From NCBI GenBank assembly GCA_963797975.1, contig CAWCRH010000002.1, positions 112,524-176,523 of the forward strand: a stretch of 64,000 nucleotides of DNA, read 5' to 3'. The translations under genes and the position numbers were made by a program. The DNA comes from an uncultured Thermoplasmata archaeon (GTDB lineage: Archaea > Thermoplasmatota > Thermoplasmata > Lutacidiplasmatales > UBA184). Shown here in pieces: positions 18,987 to 28,215 of this stretch (position 1 is the stretch's first letter; every line of letters begins with the position of its first letter). The notes beneath the pieces are model-generated. The model was not told the origin of the DNA, searched no databases, and saw nothing but the letters and a program-made list of their open reading frames with translations.

Positions 18987-19877
18987 TTAGGTCACGCGAT
19001 CGAGGAAGCGCCGAATTCGTGCGATGTAGGCGGCTCTTTCCTCCCAGAACGGCAGGTGGGCGCTCTTTTCGAACGTTGCGAGCTCAGCTCCGGGGATTCC
19101 GTCCGCGATTTGACGGGCGACGGCCGGACTGACTTCATCGTACCGCCCGCCCGTGACGAGGGTTGGCACCCGGATGCGAGAAAGCTGTCCGGAAACGTCC
19201 CAGTCGCGGATCGTGCCGACGATCGTGAACTCGTTGGGCCCGTTCATGTGACCGTACACCGGCACGCTGATCTGGTCGAAGCTATAGCGGACGGGCTCGG
19301 GCCACTCCGTAAGCCGGCAGAGGTGCCGATGGTAGAACGTCTCGACCGCGGCGAGGTACTCGGGCGAGCCGTACTCTCGCTTCGCGTTCCCCGCCCGAAT
19401 CGCGTCCCGGTCCTTGGATGGCAGCTGGCCGATCCATCGGTCGAGCTCGCGATTCGTCAGCGGAACGCTCGCGATCCCTCCCGCGGTCACCAGGCTCTGA
19501 ACGTTCTGAGGGTGGGCGAGTGCATAGGCAATGGCGAGCAGACCGCCGTAGCTCGACCCAAAAAGATGGACGCGTCCCAGGTCGAGGTTCCTCCGAACCT
19601 CCTCGACCTCCTGAACGTTGTGCTCTACCGTGAAGAGCGACGTGTCGGTCACGCGTTCCGAACGGCCGCATCCGAGCTGGTCCATGAACGCCACTCGGTA
19701 GCCCTGCCGCGTCAGGTCGGAGAGCGGCTGGAGGTAGTCGTGGGTCGCGCCGGGCCCTCCATGAAGGCAGAGCACGGTGGGCCGTTCGGTGGGGTCGCCG
19801 CAGATGCGGTAGTAGATCGGGAATCCAGTAGCAGTCGTTCGCCCTTCGACCATCGGCTCGGGCCAGCCGGACGTCAT
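18987..19877 (-). CDS. pip: proline iminopeptidase (alpha/beta hydrolase; tricorn-interacting factor F1-like)
   Basis: LHGGPGATHDY and the nucleophile elbow GSSYGG. 296 aa. Confidence 0.85.
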   Translation of the reverse strand: MTSGWPEPMVEGRTTATGFPIYYRICGDPTERPTVLCLHGGPGATHDYLQPLSDLTRQGYRVAFMDQLGCGRSERVTDTSLFTVEHNVQEVEEVRRNLDLGRVHLFGSSYGGLLAIAYALAHPQNVQSLVTAGGIASVPLTNRELDRWIGQLPSKDRDAIRAGNAKREYGSPEYLAAVETFYHRHLCRLTEWPEPVRYSFDQISVPVYGHMNGPNEFTIVGTIRDWDVSGQLSRIRVPTLVTGGRYDEVSPAVARQIADGIPGAELATFEKSAHLPFWEERAAYIARIRRFLDRVT

Positions 19878-19900
19878 GCTTGCTCCGACCTCCGCGGCCG

Positions 19901-19907
19901 CTATACG
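19901..19907 (-). promoter_or_regulatory. TATA-like box (GCGTATAGCG on minus strand)
   Basis: Isolated TATA about 27 nt upstream of ATG 19877. Confidence 0.4.
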
Positions 19908-20078
19908 CTTGCCGATGACCGCCGCGTCGGTGGGCCTGACACCCCCCGGCGCAATCGGTTCCGTGACACACTTCGGTCGGGCGATCGCCCAGTCAGCACG
20001 TCCCCTTCGATCAGCCGTTCCAACTCGTCAGGATGAGCCCGGCCCGCGAGAGAGCACGTCCCGTTCTGAGAGAGAGGT

Positions 20079-20846
20079 TCACCGAAGAGCCGGGGGGAGG
20101 AGGTAGCGGGATTCGACCTCCGTCCAGGAGGTGGCCCGAGGTGTACTCGCGGGTTCCGTCCGACGTTTCCTGCGATAGGTCAAGGGACTTTCGCGGTCGA
20201 CCCCCACGTAGAGGACAAACTGCGCCCCGGAACGCTCGGCTCCAAGACGATCGACGGGCATGTCTCCGACGAAGAGCACTCGGGGAGCAGGAACCCCCAG
20301 GCTACGGAAGCATCGGCGAAACAGAGCCGGGTCGGGCTTCGCGCTTCCGAATTCGCTCGAGAGGACGATCGCGTCAAAGAAGTCGAGCAGCCCCTCCGTC
20401 CTCAACCGAGCCCGAATCCCTCCAGGGCTCTCGTCGCATATGTTGGAGACCATCCCGACCGCAAGGCCCCGCGATCGAACGTGCTCGAGGAAGGGGCGGA
20501 TGCCCGGTGTGAGGTGGAGGTGGGCGTGCGCGAGGGCACGGTCGAGCCGTTGGGTCAAAAGGTTGGCGTCGACGCGCGCCCCCACCCAGCGACCTACCCA
20601 TCGCGCCTGGTCGTCGAGCGTCGAGGCTCGACCCACCTCCTCGATTCGGTTAAGCTTCCCTCGAAGGCGGTCGAGGGCCCTCCGAGCGGGGCCAGCCGCG
20701 ACTTTAGCGTCGGCGAGAGTGCGCATCCAGGCCCGCCGTTTCGCCCTATGGTACTCGAGGCGTTCATTGGCCCGATGGTACCACGTGGTGTACCAAAGAT
20801 CGAGCGCCACCGCGTCGATGGGGCCAAAGGTTGGGGGTTCCGCCAT
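20079..20846 (-). CDS. HAD-superfamily hydrolase (haloacid-dehalogenase-like subfamily)
   Basis: Motif I-like VALDLWYT (D-x-aromatic-x-T as in the DAYGT type), motif III/IV SAKPD..VGDMPVD. ATG 20846 chosen inside ORF 20079..20885. Confidence 0.72.
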   Translation of the reverse strand: MAEPPTFGPIDAVALDLWYTTWYHRANERLEYHRAKRRAWMRTLADAKVAAGPARRALDRLRGKLNRIEEVGRASTLDDQARWVGRWVGARVDANLLTQRLDRALAHAHLHLTPGIRPFLEHVRSRGLAVGMVSNICDESPGGIRARLRTEGLLDFFDAIVLSSEFGSAKPDPALFRRCFRSLGVPAPRVLFVGDMPVDRLGAERSGAQFVLYVGVDRESPLTYRRKRRTEPASTPRATSWTEVESRYLLPPALR

Positions 20847-21118
20847 GCAACCCTCAGAAGGCGGCGCGGTCTTGCTCGATGACAATCCCTCGGAGCCCGA
20901 GGGTATCCGCCTCGGTGGCGGTCGATGCGTCGTTGTTCCATGGAACGGTCATGGTGCGCGTCGGGCCAAGAGCTGGGCCAGCGCGTCAGGGCCAGAGCGT
21001 GCCGAGGGGAAATCCCTTCGCCCGGGCCCGAGCCACCCATCCGACCCCCACTCCTCCTCCGGGTCCCGAGAGGCGTAACATCGAAATCCGTGCGCCGTGA
21101 TGCGGCCCTGGATAAGCG

Positions 21119-22183
21119 ATGGTCGAGCCAGAGCTTCGATTCGACACCACCCTGCTCAACGGCTTCCGGTTTTCTTGCCGTCCGGACTGTGGGCTCTGTT
21201 GTTACACCACCCCGGCGGTCACGGCTTCCGAACTCAACCGTCTACGAGCCGTACGGCCCGGGCTCCCGCTGGTCACCACCTCCGACGGTCGCACGGCCAT
21301 CGCGGGTCATCCGAACGGCGGCGCCTGTCGGATGCTGACGGGGCGCCGTTGCTCGGTCTACGCGGTGCGACCGGGTCCGTGTACTACCTTCCCGGTCAGC
21401 GTCCACGGAGGTTCGGAGCGCTGGCAGGCATCCTTGGTGCTCTCGTGCCCCGGACTAACGTTGGACATCCTCGCGGGATGGACGGTCGGAGCCCAGACGT
21501 CACCGTGCCAAGGGCTCGAAAACGAAATCGAAGCAGCCCAACAGCGGAGCCGTCTGCCCTATGCGACCCGAGGTCGGGCGAACGACTGGATCCACCGTCG
21601 GCGCGCGGAGCGCTTGGCGCGCCGCCAGGACCCGCAAGGAAGCGCGGAGAAGGTCCGCGAAGCGCTTCGCCGAGAGACGCTTCAGGTCTGGCCGCAAGAC
21701 CTGCCGGGAGAGATCCCGCCGGCGGTCGAAGACGGGGTAGACTACCTGCCCCTGGTCTGGGAGGGGCCGGACCGGGTTGTCGGTATCGAAGGCGACCCGC
21801 TGGGCTTCCGCTTCGTGGATCTGGACCCTTCGGGCGCCCGTGAAGAACCTTCGGAGGTTTTTCCCCTCCCCCGCACCATCCTCTCATTGACCCCCGAAGC
21901 ACGCTCGCTGCTGGACGGATACCTCCGCTACTGGGTCGAGCGAGACGCGCTGTTCGACTACGTGCTCACGGACATGGTAGCCGACCAGCCCTCCGTGCAG
22001 CTCATCGACCGCATCCGCCGTGAGCTGAGCTTCATCGGGGCGACCGTCATCGCGCGGGCGGCCGTCCGTGCCCGGCGCCGAGGCGAGTTCGAAAGAAGGT
22101 TGAGCTTCGAGGCCATGGTTCTCGGCGTGCAGGCAACGGACATGGACCTGCTCGACCGCCCGAGCCTCGGGGTTCGGCTCTAG
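21119..22183 (+). CDS. YkgJ/UPF0153-type cysteine-cluster protein, extended form
   Basis: FSCRPDCGLCC and GACRMLTGRRCSVYAVRPGPCTTFP match the putative Zn/Fe-chelating CxxCxxCC domain. A C-terminal extension of about 230 aa is unassigned. Confidence 0.68.
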   Translation: MVEPELRFDTTLLNGFRFSCRPDCGLCCYTTPAVTASELNRLRAVRPGLPLVTTSDGRTAIAGHPNGGACRMLTGRRCSVYAVRPGPCTTFPVSVHGGSERWQASLVLSCPGLTLDILAGWTVGAQTSPCQGLENEIEAAQQRSRLPYATRGRANDWIHRRRAERLARRQDPQGSAEKVREALRRETLQVWPQDLPGEIPPAVEDGVDYLPLVWEGPDRVVGIEGDPLGFRFVDLDPSGAREEPSEVFPLPRTILSLTPEARSLLDGYLRYWVERDALFDYVLTDMVADQPSVQLIDRIRRELSFIGATVIARAAVRARRRGEFERRLSFEAMVLGVQATDMDLLDRPSLGVRL

Positions 22184-23250
22184 CGCGGCGACGGGAACTT
22201 GCGGCCGAGCGTGTTGGAGAGCTCATGGACGAGCGCGTTCTCTCGCTGCCGATTCCATGGGGTCGGGGAGAGCGTGAACGGAGCATCCCAGCTCATCGGT
22301 GCCGATTGGTCGAGTTGCCGTAGGAACTCACTTCGCCACTCGGCGGGGGTCTCTGCACCCGGGGAGGGAAACGCCGGCTCGCCGGCGAGCAGACGGCCCG
22401 TCTTCGCGAGGGTGAGCGCGACGTTGACCGGGTCATAGCCGCCTCCTCCCGTCACGACGAGGCGTCCCTGGGAGAGCTCGGAGGAGAGCTGGAGGAGCCG
22501 CGAAACGACGGCCGCGTAGCCGTGCGACGTGAACTGGAGCTGGGCGAGCGGGTCGCCGGCATGCCCGTCCACACCGTGCTGAAGGATGATCAGCCCGGGC
22601 CGGAACTCTTCCAGGAGGGGTGGGACGATCCTCTCGAAGAGCGGTACCAACGCCTCGTCGCCCGCCCAGGGAGGCAGGGGAAGATTGACCTTCAGCCCGG
22701 ATCCGTCGCCTCCCCCGTGCTCGCTCACGCTCCCCGTGCCGGGAAATAGAGTGCGCCCATCCTGGTGGAAGTCGATGTCGAGAACCTGACCAGAATCGTA
22801 GAATCCGTACATGACCCCGTCACCGTGGTGGGCATCGATGTCGATGTAGGCGACCTTGCCGATGCGGTCCATCGCGCTACGGACCCCGACCGCCACGTCG
22901 TTGTAGATGCAGAACCCGCTCGCACGGTCCGGGTGCGCGTGGTGGAGGCCCCCGAACGGGTGGAACGATGGACCTCGGCGCTCGATCGCCGAGTCCACCG
23001 CATCGACGGTCCCCCCGACGACACGAGCGGCCGCCTCGTCGCATCCCGGGAAGGATGGGGTGTCTCCCGCGTCGAGCCAGAGGCGCCGACCGTGGTGTCC
23101 GGATCGCTCGACGCTCTGCACGTACGCCTCCGTGTGGAATGTTCCGAGCGTCTCCGCGGAGGCCGGGTTGACGGAACGTTGCCAGTCCACCGTTTCAGGG
23201 GCCGGGAGGGAAGCTTCGAACAGCCGTGTCCCGAGCTCGCGGAACGCCAT
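22180..23250 (-). CDS. histone deacetylase-family amidohydrolase (AcuC / acetylpolyamine amidohydrolase-like)
   Basis: GGLHHAHPDRASGFCIYND and metal/charge-relay motif DIDAHHGDG. Confidence 0.85.
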   Translation of the reverse strand: MAFRELGTRLFEASLPAPETVDWQRSVNPASAETLGTFHTEAYVQSVERSGHHGRRLWLDAGDTPSFPGCDEAAARVVGGTVDAVDSAIERRGPSFHPFGGLHHAHPDRASGFCIYNDVAVGVRSAMDRIGKVAYIDIDAHHGDGVMYGFYDSGQVLDIDFHQDGRTLFPGTGSVSEHGGGDGSGLKVNLPLPPWAGDEALVPLFERIVPPLLEEFRPGLIILQHGVDGHAGDPLAQLQFTSHGYAAVVSRLLQLSSELSQGRLVVTGGGGYDPVNVALTLAKTGRLLAGEPAFPSPGAETPAEWRSEFLRQLDQSAPMSWDAPFTLSPTPWNRQRENALVHELSNTLGRKFPSPR

Positions 23251-23568
23251 CGCGAACGGGTGTCCTGGCCCGAAGTCGGTACTCTCGTAGACGAGGGTCC
23301 CAGACCGTGAGCAGCTTCGACATTCCTAACGTACCGTCCCCTTACTGTGAGGACGGGAGACGACCCACCGGTGTCGCCGCTCCCGGTGAAGAAAATAGGG
23401 AGGGCAGTGAGGCCTATGGCGGTTCCGCATTCGATCGCAGCGGAGGTCCACCGCGAGATAAGAGGTCCGCCGGGAGCATTCCCCCGCCTCCGACGCTTCG
23501 GGGCGTAGCCCGAAGTGGACTCCCGAGCACCCTGCAGAGACGCTGAACGACGCCGCCGTCGAGCCGGT

Positions 23569-24537
23569 TCACGCCCCGCGCTGGCCCCAGGGGAGGGACC
23601 GTTCCAAGATCCGGCGGGTCGAGCGGAGCGTGACCTCGGTCACGGCGCTGACGCGCGCGATCTGGGCGTGGGAGTGGCGCTCTCCATGCTGGTCGGAGGC
23701 GACAGAGATCATCGCAGCGACCAGACCGTGCGGGCTCAGTCCGGAGAGCTCAGGATTGCGCTGGACCTCAGCGAGCATCTCCTCGACGGTCGATCGGACC
23801 GGGGAGCTGAGCGCGAGCTCCTCCGCGTAGCGGGCCAAGAACCCTCGCATGCCCACGGAAGGGACGCGGATGTCGGCCCCCCGCTGGACGACCTTGAAGG
23901 CACGGCCCACGTCGGTTCGAGAGGAGTTGACCGCGGCAGCGACTTCGGTGAGCGTTCGGGGTACGGAGAAAATGCGGCAGGCCGCGTAGACGGCGGCCCC
24001 TACACACGACTCGAGCGTCCGTCCCCGAGAGAGGCCACGGCTCTTCGCCTCCTGGAAGATCCGCTCCGCTTCCGCCACCACGACGGGGGGTAGGCGGAGT
24101 TGTTCACCGGCGACCGCGATCTCGCCTCGGGCCGGGGTGTGTCGCGGGCCTCCCACGCTCGCACGGCTCGTCTGGCGTTGCATCACGCGTTTCAGGTGCT
24201 GGAATTCGTAGCGTCGCCGGTAGTCGAGCCGTCGGCCCTGGCCGTCCCGGCTCAACGTGAGGGTCGATCCGAGCGAGCTCCTCGCGCGCGTAGCGGTCGA
24301 GAACGGACCGATCCCGCGGCCGCTCCCCTCGGAGGTCTGCGGATCCTCGGCCATGGGGGGGGAGGCGACCAGTTCTCCGCTCTCAAAGACCAGGCCGCAG
24401 TCGGCGCAGTGAACTTCGGATCGGATGGAGTCAACGATGCGGTGGGAGCTGTGACACATCGGGCAAGCCGATGAGGCAGCGCCGCCCCCTCCGTTCGCGC
24501 CCGTTCGGTCGTCCGGCACGAGGAGGGAAAACCGCAC
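23569..24537 (-). CDS. tfb: transcription initiation factor IIB (TFB)
   Basis: N-terminal zinc ribbon CPMCHSS..VHCADCG followed by two cyclin-fold repeats. Start uncertain: GTG 24537, GTG 24519 or ATG 24459. Confidence 0.9.
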   Translation of the reverse strand: MRFSLLVPDDRTGANGGGGAASSACPMCHSSHRIVDSIRSEVHCADCGLVFESGELVASPPMAEDPQTSEGSGRGIGPFSTATRARSSLGSTLTLSRDGQGRRLDYRRRYEFQHLKRVMQRQTSRASVGGPRHTPARGEIAVAGEQLRLPPVVVAEAERIFQEAKSRGLSRGRTLESCVGAAVYAACRIFSVPRTLTEVAAAVNSSRTDVGRAFKVVQRGADIRVPSVGMRGFLARYAEELALSSPVRSTVEEMLAEVQRNPELSGLSPHGLVAAMISVASDQHGERHSHAQIARVSAVTEVTLRSTRRILERSLPWGQRGA

Positions 24538-24542
24538 GGGAG

Positions 24543-24551
24543 TATTTATAT
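24543..24551 (-). promoter_or_regulatory. TATA box (ATATAAATA on minus strand) upstream of tfb
   Basis: The strongest AT-rich element in the window. Centred about 28 nt upstream of in-frame GTG 24519. Confidence 0.5.
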
Positions 24552-24613
24552 CGAGTCCAGCCGAAATCGCACCGTAGCACGGGCGCCGCGCGGCGTCACC
24601 GGGCTCACGAAGC

Positions 24614-24620
24614 GTATTTG
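24614..24620 (+). promoter_or_regulatory. TATA-like box (GTATTTG)
   Basis: AT-rich heptamer about 27 nt upstream of GTG 24644. Confidence 0.35.
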
Positions 24621-24643
24621 CGCTCCTCGGGCCTCATCCGATT

Positions 24644-25327
24644 GTGCGAACTGGACTCGTCATCATCGGGCTCGTGATCGTTGTGGTCGGTGCCACGATC
24701 TTCCTCGCGGTCGTTCTTTACCCGCCCATGCATACCGTGTCCAGCATCACGTCCGATAGCTTCCTGGCCTCGGCAGCCCCCCAAGGCTCGGCAGGAGGAC
24801 GGGCCGGCGTCCTTCCGTCCGAACCGGAAGGTTCGGTTGTCTTGTTCTGGATTGCGAACGCCTCGGTCGGGCTCAAGTTCTATGACTCGACCGGATGTCC
24901 CCTCTTCATCAATGACACCTGTCATGGACCGCCGCTCGTTTCGTGGCCGGAGAACGCGTCCGGCCTCTACACGAGTACCACCAGCCTCCTCTGCCCCTGC
25001 TACGCCATCCCGACGAACTCGCACAGCTGGGAGGTTGGGATCAACGGCTATCTCGTAGTGACCTATCCCACTGTGGTTCCATCGCTGAGTGAGTGGTCCT
25101 ACGTGGCCGTCGTCTTCGGGTCGCTCATCCTCCTTTTGATCGGGGGACTCGCGCTCTTCCTAGGGCTCTTCTTGCGGGGCCAGCTTTTCCGACGCACCCC
25201 GCCTCCCGGGCCGGGGGAGGCGGAGGCCCCTCCAGGTTCGTCGGGGGGGTTCGACGATGAGCTGGTGGATGAGGAGGCCGAGACTATTGGCCCCAGAACG
25301 GGCTACTGGCCAGATGAAGTTGAATGA
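24644..25327 (+). CDS. hypothetical bitopic membrane / surface protein
   Basis: N-terminal helix LVIIGLVIVVVGATIFLAVVL, then a Cys-containing middle domain, a C-terminal helix and an acidic tail. No family recognised. Confidence 0.55.
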   Translation: MRTGLVIIGLVIVVVGATIFLAVVLYPPMHTVSSITSDSFLASAAPQGSAGGRAGVLPSEPEGSVVLFWIANASVGLKFYDSTGCPLFINDTCHGPPLVSWPENASGLYTSTTSLLCPCYAIPTNSHSWEVGINGYLVVTYPTVVPSLSEWSYVAVVFGSLILLLIGGLALFLGLFLRGQLFRRTPPPGPGEAEAPPGSSGGFDDELVDEEAETIGPRTGYWPDEVE

Positions 25328-27047
25328 TCTCCCGGAGGATCGCCTGCTCCTCCGGTGTGAGCTCGACCTTGTGCAGCGTGCGGACCACCCCTTCCGACAG
25401 AGCGACGAGGAGCACGTCCCCCTCTCGGAGGTTCCGCCCCACGACCGCTCCCTCGATCGAGGCGGCGAGCTCGGCTCCGGCCTCCGCCTGGGCTACGCTC
25501 TCCCCTTCCCGCTGGAGACTTCGGAGGACCCCGACCTCGGCGCCGTCGGCGCGCATGAGGCGAACGCCCGGCCGGAGCGTTCCCCCCATGACGCGGACAC
25601 CGACGATCGCGGGCTTGGAGCTTCGGAAGACGAAGCCGGGCAACACCTCGAGCTTCGCTGGGTGCACGAGCTCGAGGCGTCGTTTCACCTCCAGCGCGCG
25701 CCGCCGCTCGTCCCTCCACCGGATGTACTCTTCGACCACACGGTAGATGACCTCCCCCTGGAAGACCTGCGCCGAGGCCTCGGCCTCCGGGAGCGCGGCG
25801 TCCGGTAGGATCGGGACGTTGAACGCGAGGACCGCGCGGTGAGTGGGGTCCTTCACATCCTGCATGCGGATCATCGTGGCTCGGCCCACCGAGCCGATCG
25901 CGGCCTCATGGATCGGGATCCCCGCAGCTCGGCACTCAAAGGCAAGTGCTTCGAGTCCGCCGAGTGTATCCGCATGGATGGCCACCCCGCTCTCGGCGAT
26001 CTCGGCTACCGGGTGGCTCTCGCGCTCGAGTTCGGCCCGTACTGCATCGACCTCCTGGGGGGTGCGGATCACACGGAACAGACCGCCGGGCATCGCCTCC
26101 TCGATGCCGGGGGCAGAGACGTACACGCCGGCGGCGGCGTGCACGGTCTCTAGCGATTCAAGCCGCGGGTGCTTGGGCGCCTTTCCCGTACGGGGAGGTT
26201 CGGGCCGGTAAATGCCCCTCACCCGGGTGACGAACGGGGCCTCCCTCCCGGTGACCATGATCTCGTCTCCCACCGAAAGGTGCCCACGGTAGACGATCAC
26301 GCTCCCGACCGGACCGAGCCCGCGCAGTTCGCTCCGTTCGAGGATGGTCGCCTCAGCGCCCCCTGCCCCGAGACGCAGGTCGTCCTTCAAGAACCGCTGG
26401 GCGAGACCCACGACGAGCGCCAGCAGCTCGGGAACGCCGATCCCCGATTTCGCCGAGACCGGGACGATACCGACGTTATGGGTGAAGTCGGTGACCCGGT
26501 CGTAGCGATCGGCCGAGAAACCGAGGGCGACCAGCCCTTCCGCCACGGAGTAGACCTGCTGGTCCATGTTCTTGAGCAGGTCAGCGCCCGAGCGCTGGAG
26601 CTGTTCCGCCAGCGGGATCGGGCTGCTCGTCTTCCGCCAGCCAGGGAGCAGGTCGATCTTGGTCAGGGCAACCGCGAAGGGCGTCTTCTCATGGCGTAGG
26701 ATCTGGAGCGACTCGCGGGTCTGGGGCATCAACCCCTCGCGCGCGTCCACGACAAGGATAGCGAGGTCAGCGAGCGCTCCCCCACGACGACGGAGCGTCT
26801 CGAAGGAGCGGTGGCCGGGCGTGTCGATGAAGAGCAGTCCCGGGACCTTGAGCTGGTCCTCCCGCAAGATCCCATGGCAGACCGTGAGCAGGATCACCGC
26901 CGGCACTTCGACCGCACCGATGTGCTGGGTGATCCCTCCCGCCTCCTTCGATGCCCGGACCGAGCCCGCGATCCGGTCGAGCAACGTCGTCTTGCCATGG
27001 TCAACGTGACCGAGGAGGCTGATGATCGGCTCGCGCAGGGACGCCAC
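25284..27047 (-). CDS. infB: translation initiation factor aIF5B (IF2-type GTPase)
   Basis: G motifs GHVDHGKTTLLD, DTPGH and LTKID. 587 aa with four-domain length. Confidence 0.92.
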   Translation of the reverse strand: MASLREPIISLLGHVDHGKTTLLDRIAGSVRASKEAGGITQHIGAVEVPAVILLTVCHGILREDQLKVPGLLFIDTPGHRSFETLRRRGGALADLAILVVDAREGLMPQTRESLQILRHEKTPFAVALTKIDLLPGWRKTSSPIPLAEQLQRSGADLLKNMDQQVYSVAEGLVALGFSADRYDRVTDFTHNVGIVPVSAKSGIGVPELLALVVGLAQRFLKDDLRLGAGGAEATILERSELRGLGPVGSVIVYRGHLSVGDEIMVTGREAPFVTRVRGIYRPEPPRTGKAPKHPRLESLETVHAAAGVYVSAPGIEEAMPGGLFRVIRTPQEVDAVRAELERESHPVAEIAESGVAIHADTLGGLEALAFECRAAGIPIHEAAIGSVGRATMIRMQDVKDPTHRAVLAFNVPILPDAALPEAEASAQVFQGEVIYRVVEEYIRWRDERRRALEVKRRLELVHPAKLEVLPGFVFRSSKPAIVGVRVMGGTLRPGVRLMRADGAEVGVLRSLQREGESVAQAEAGAELAASIEGAVVGRNLREGDVLLVALSEGVVRTLHKVELTPEEQAILREIIQLHLASSPFWGQ

Positions 27048-27138
27048 GACCGAATGACGGGAGCCGGACCTTTAGGTCTTCCCGGGTCCGCCGGTGCTTC
27101 CGCCGGGCGGCTTTGGCTACCGTCGGTAGAGAGGAGGC

Positions 27139-28185
27139 TCAACCGGAGGCGGTGAGAGCCGTTCGGTAGCGCTCTGCGGCGATCTCGGGAGCGATGGGGT
27201 TCACGGGAACCCAAGAGGCCAGCTCGAAAGCGTCCTCCCTGACCAACCGTGGGAGAAGGTCGATCGACCAGTGGAAAGCGGGGAGGGCGGAACCGCGGTG
27301 CGAGGGGAACGCCCCCGTCACGTTGTAGGAGGTCCCCGGGAACAAGGTGAGGAGCGCCCGTTCCAACCGAGGCAGGATCCCCGCGAGGGACTTGAGCTCC
27401 TCATCGCTGGCTTGGGATAGCGAGCGAGCGTCCCGGCGGGGCACGACCTTAAGCTGGTAGGGAAGCGTCGAAGCATAGGGAGCGATCACCACGAAGTGGT
27501 CGTCCTCCCAAACGAGGCGACGGGACTCCCTGCGCCCTTCGCTCAACAAGAGCTCAACGGGGCATGGCACACCCCATTCAGCGGCCCGCTTCTGGGTTTC
27601 CTGCAGCGTTCGCTCGAGACCCGGTAGGACCTCTGGCGTCGCGAGGAGCTGACCGTGAGGATGGGCCAGGCTTCCTCCGGAGTCGGGTCCGCAATTCTCG
27701 GCGAGGATGACGGAACGCACCCCCGCCGTGGCCTCCAATGCGCGAAGACGCTCGCGGTAGACGTCGACGACCTCACGCACCTGCTCAAAGGGAAGGAACG
27801 GGAGGCCCGGGCCGTGGGCGGGGTGTTGGATGACGACCTCGTGGATGCCTACCGCAGGGAGTGTACGGAAGTGGTCGTTACGCTCCGAGGCCCTGGGCGG
27901 CGCTCCGTCCGCAGGCACGAAGGTCGGGAACTTGTTGGGGATAACGCGGACCTTCCAGCCGGGCCCGTTCCTATGCCCGCCCGCGTCCCGACGCGCTGCG
28001 ATCTCGGGCGGGGTCTCTTCCTCGTGGCCCTCGCAGAAGGGGCATTGGGTCGTAGCGGGTGGTGGGAGTGGGGGTACGTAGTCGACCGGGCGCGCGATGC
28101 GACCTTCGGCGATGATGACCGGCTCCCCGGTGATCGGGTCGAGGCGCCACTCGGGCATCATGAGAGCTAGGCCGTCCAGCCCCAT
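27139..28185 (-). CDS. galT: galactose-1-phosphate uridylyltransferase-family (HIT superfamily) protein
   Basis: Zinc site CPFCEGHEEETPPE and active-site HPHGQL. Confidence 0.8.
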   Translation of the reverse strand: MGLDGLALMMPEWRLDPITGEPVIIAEGRIARPVDYVPPLPPPATTQCPFCEGHEEETPPEIAARRDAGGHRNGPGWKVRVIPNKFPTFVPADGAPPRASERNDHFRTLPAVGIHEVVIQHPAHGPGLPFLPFEQVREVVDVYRERLRALEATAGVRSVILAENCGPDSGGSLAHPHGQLLATPEVLPGLERTLQETQKRAAEWGVPCPVELLLSEGRRESRRLVWEDDHFVVIAPYASTLPYQLKVVPRRDARSLSQASDEELKSLAGILPRLERALLTLFPGTSYNVTGAFPSHRGSALPAFHWSIDLLPRLVREDAFELASWVPVNPIAPEIAAERYRTALTASG

Positions 28186-28215
28186 TAGATGTGGCGAGCG
28201 GGGAGCAACGGGCGG

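Noticed and set aside
23496-23515. Hairpin CTTCGGG-gcgtag-CCCGAAG about 55-75 nt downstream of the tfb stop, considered as a transcription terminator.
   Set aside because: No T-tract follows it on the minus strand, and archaeal termination relies on oligo-T. A 7-bp GC-rich stem is not unusual in this composition.
23500-23577. A 78-nt segment with a perfect 7-bp terminal complementarity (GGGGCGT...ACGCCCC) and an AAGTGGA D-loop-like sequence, suggesting a tRNA.
   Set aside because: No D-stem, anticodon stem or T-arm (GTTCRANNC) can be formed, position 8 is not T, and the 3' part overlaps the tfb coding end. It fails the cloverleaf.
25284-25327. 44-nt convergent overlap between the 3' ends of the membrane-protein gene (24644..25327) and aIF5B (25284..27047).
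   Set aside because: Short convergent overlaps are common in compact genomes. The tails of both proteins are plausible, so nothing points to a functional antisense element.
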